From the NCBI GenBank assembly GCA_002633005.1, contig NMRA01000264.1:517035-581034 (forward strand): 64,000 nucleotides of DNA. Direction: 5' to 3'. Under the pieces are notes generated by a model. That model made no database searches, was not told the DNA's origin, and was given only the letters and a program-made list of their open reading frames with translations. A program made the position numbers and the translations under genes. Positions 62,273 to 64,000 of the stretch are shown here, in pieces; position 1 is the first letter of the stretch, and each line of letters starts with the position of its first letter. The stretch comes from Phoronis australis. Lineage: Eukaryota > Animalia > Phoronida.

Positions 62273-62860
62273 TTGGTTTCTGATTTACATGTTTATGTAT
62301 TGACGAAAACTGACAGGTTAATAGCAGTTACAAGCTAGTCTTTTAAGAAATGATTACGATTCAGGGAATTAAGTTGAAGCCTGAATATGGAAAAAAAACT
62401 TTAGTATAATCCGACCCCAAAATAGTAAAGTGCACTTGGATGCTTTTTGCCTATCTAAAGTAATTCTCAAGGACATTGATGAAATTTGGACACTTCCAAA
62501 AATTTACTCACAATTAAAATGACAATAAATGCATTGCTTTTTTGACTTCGGTACAAGTTTTGTTGTTTAAACCCACTAACAGGGCATCAAAAAGGAATTA
62601 AGTCCCAAAATCAAGGTAAGCGCACTGTACATGGATTTGATTATTGGTTTCTGATTTACATGTAATGAAAATGAACTTATTAAGAGCTGATTTCCTTGCA
62701 ATTAGAAGCTAGTCTTGTAGGAAATGACAATGCTTCAATGAACTTAATTGCAGGCCGACGTTGGGAAAATTCGATCTATCATCAGATCCCCAAGTATAAA
62801 AGCACACTAATTTTGTCTATCTGAAATAAGTCTCAAGGAAATTGATGAATTTCGGACAGC
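62273..62860. repeat. Diverged direct duplication (about 370-bp period)
   Basis: TTGGTTTCTGATTTACATGT, AAGCTAGTCTT and TCTCAAGGA.ATTGATGAA each occur twice in register. Confidence 0.65.
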
Positions 62861-62864
62861 TCTA

Positions 62865-63544
62865 CAAAGTGTCCCAAAATGTTCTCACACTTCGAATGAC
62901 AGTAAATTGTTTCTTGGCTTAGGAATTAGATTAGTGGGTTTAAGTTTACAAACCGGAGATCGAAAAACTGAGACGTTTAAGTACTTAAACAAATAAAACC
63001 TAAGTCATTGGTCATCAAATTGGAAAGGTTCTCTTCGCACTTCTTTGATGATTTTAGTTTCCAGTAGTATTGTGCAATGAATTTTTGTTCTTCAAAACTG
63101 AATCGTTTGCTTGCATTTCCCGTGCATACTACACACACGGCACGCGCGCCCAGCCTAAAATATAGGAAAGCTAGAATTTTTGAGGATGTGGACATTTTAC
63201 TAAAGAAAAGTAAACGGAATACGGGGATTATTCACGGCTATGAATTGTGCGTACGCCGAATTCCTGCCTTAGTAGACTTTTGTTTCGCTTTTCTCGAACT
63301 TTTTGTTTCTTTGAGGCGGACCTTTTTGCCCACTTTACCAAATGGGGGTAGGGATTGTTCGGGTCCCCCGAGCCCAACCCTCCTTTTATGAGTGCGCGCA
63401 TACACGCAGCACGTCATGATTGGCACACCCACGTGAAAAATAAAGTGTAACCATGCATTAAGTCTGCGTAGAATATCAGTTACCCACGGGAACTGAATTT
63501 GAACTCCAGACGTTGAAGTGCGTACATTTTTGGAACACACTCTG
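62865..63544 (-). mobile_element. Internally deleted Tc1/mariner element with N-terminal HTH remnant
   Basis: TA|CAAAGTGTCCCAAAA ... TTTTGGAACACACTCTG|TA. KRFSFEEQKFIAQYYWKLKSSKKCEE resembles the DUF4817-type HTH. Confidence 0.65.
63141..63402 (+). mobile_element. CATGCGCGCACCC-terminus MITE, copy 3, nested in Tc1/mariner
   Basis: CACGCGCGCCCAGCCT...GAGTGCGCGCATA; body homologous to copies 1 and 2. Confidence 0.65.
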
Positions 63545-64000
63545 TATCATTTCCCCCAGCAACCAGAACAAATTGGGCTACCGGCAGTGTTTCATCTAGG
63601 GATTCTGAAACGGCCACAAACGCACTCATATCAGGCACCTCGGAACCTCACCTTTCCAAAAAATTACTTCAAAGAATGGCCATAATAAATTGAAGTTTTC
63701 CCCGAAACTGTATCATAATAAAACAAACCTTGACCTTTAAGCCAGAGCAGAAGAATAGGTACGAATCTACTGTTGGAACCCAGTGAGCTATAGTATACTG
63801 GGGAACCCAATGTTCGTCCGCCTAAGCATAAAACCGACTTGCTGTTGTACTCACCGAATTATTCCACTTCAAAGTTATGATCTGAATAGGATTCGATTTA
63901 ACTCTCACAGATATACCGCATTCATCGATTCGGAAGTTTTCTTTAATTTGTGCCGAGTTATTTCAAATGTGCACTGCCTTCGGCAGCCATTTTATTGTGA

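Overview
AT-rich, intron-rich eukaryotic genomic DNA, most likely from an invertebrate animal. No prokaryotic operons, rRNA or CRISPR arrays were found. The + strand from 2.6 to 11.9 kb carries the last nine exons of an ADAM/reprolysin metalloprotease-disintegrin, and all splice phases join into one open frame. Unusually, it ends right after the Cys-rich domain in a GPI-signal-like hydrophobic tail, with no EGF domain or cytoplasmic tail. The - strand from about 24 to 52 kb carries scattered exons: one clear TIR exon, a second partial TIR-like exon, a divergent third TIR-like exon, TM-bearing exons, and C-type-lectin-like and NHL-like fragments. Their connectivity is uncertain and some look decayed. 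The rest is mostly decayed transposons: a fully bounded Kolobok element (TTAA TSD, THAP-transposase plus P2X7-ballast-like gene), Academ, ISL2EU/Harbinger, Crypton, Tc1/mariner, Penelope, CR1 and RNase H LINE remnants, tRNA-derived SINEs, many foldback MITEs, and mini/microsatellites. Assembly gaps lie at 28925-28940 and 48256-49035, with single Ns at 6669 and 43024. All family assignments come from motif recognition by eye, not database searches.
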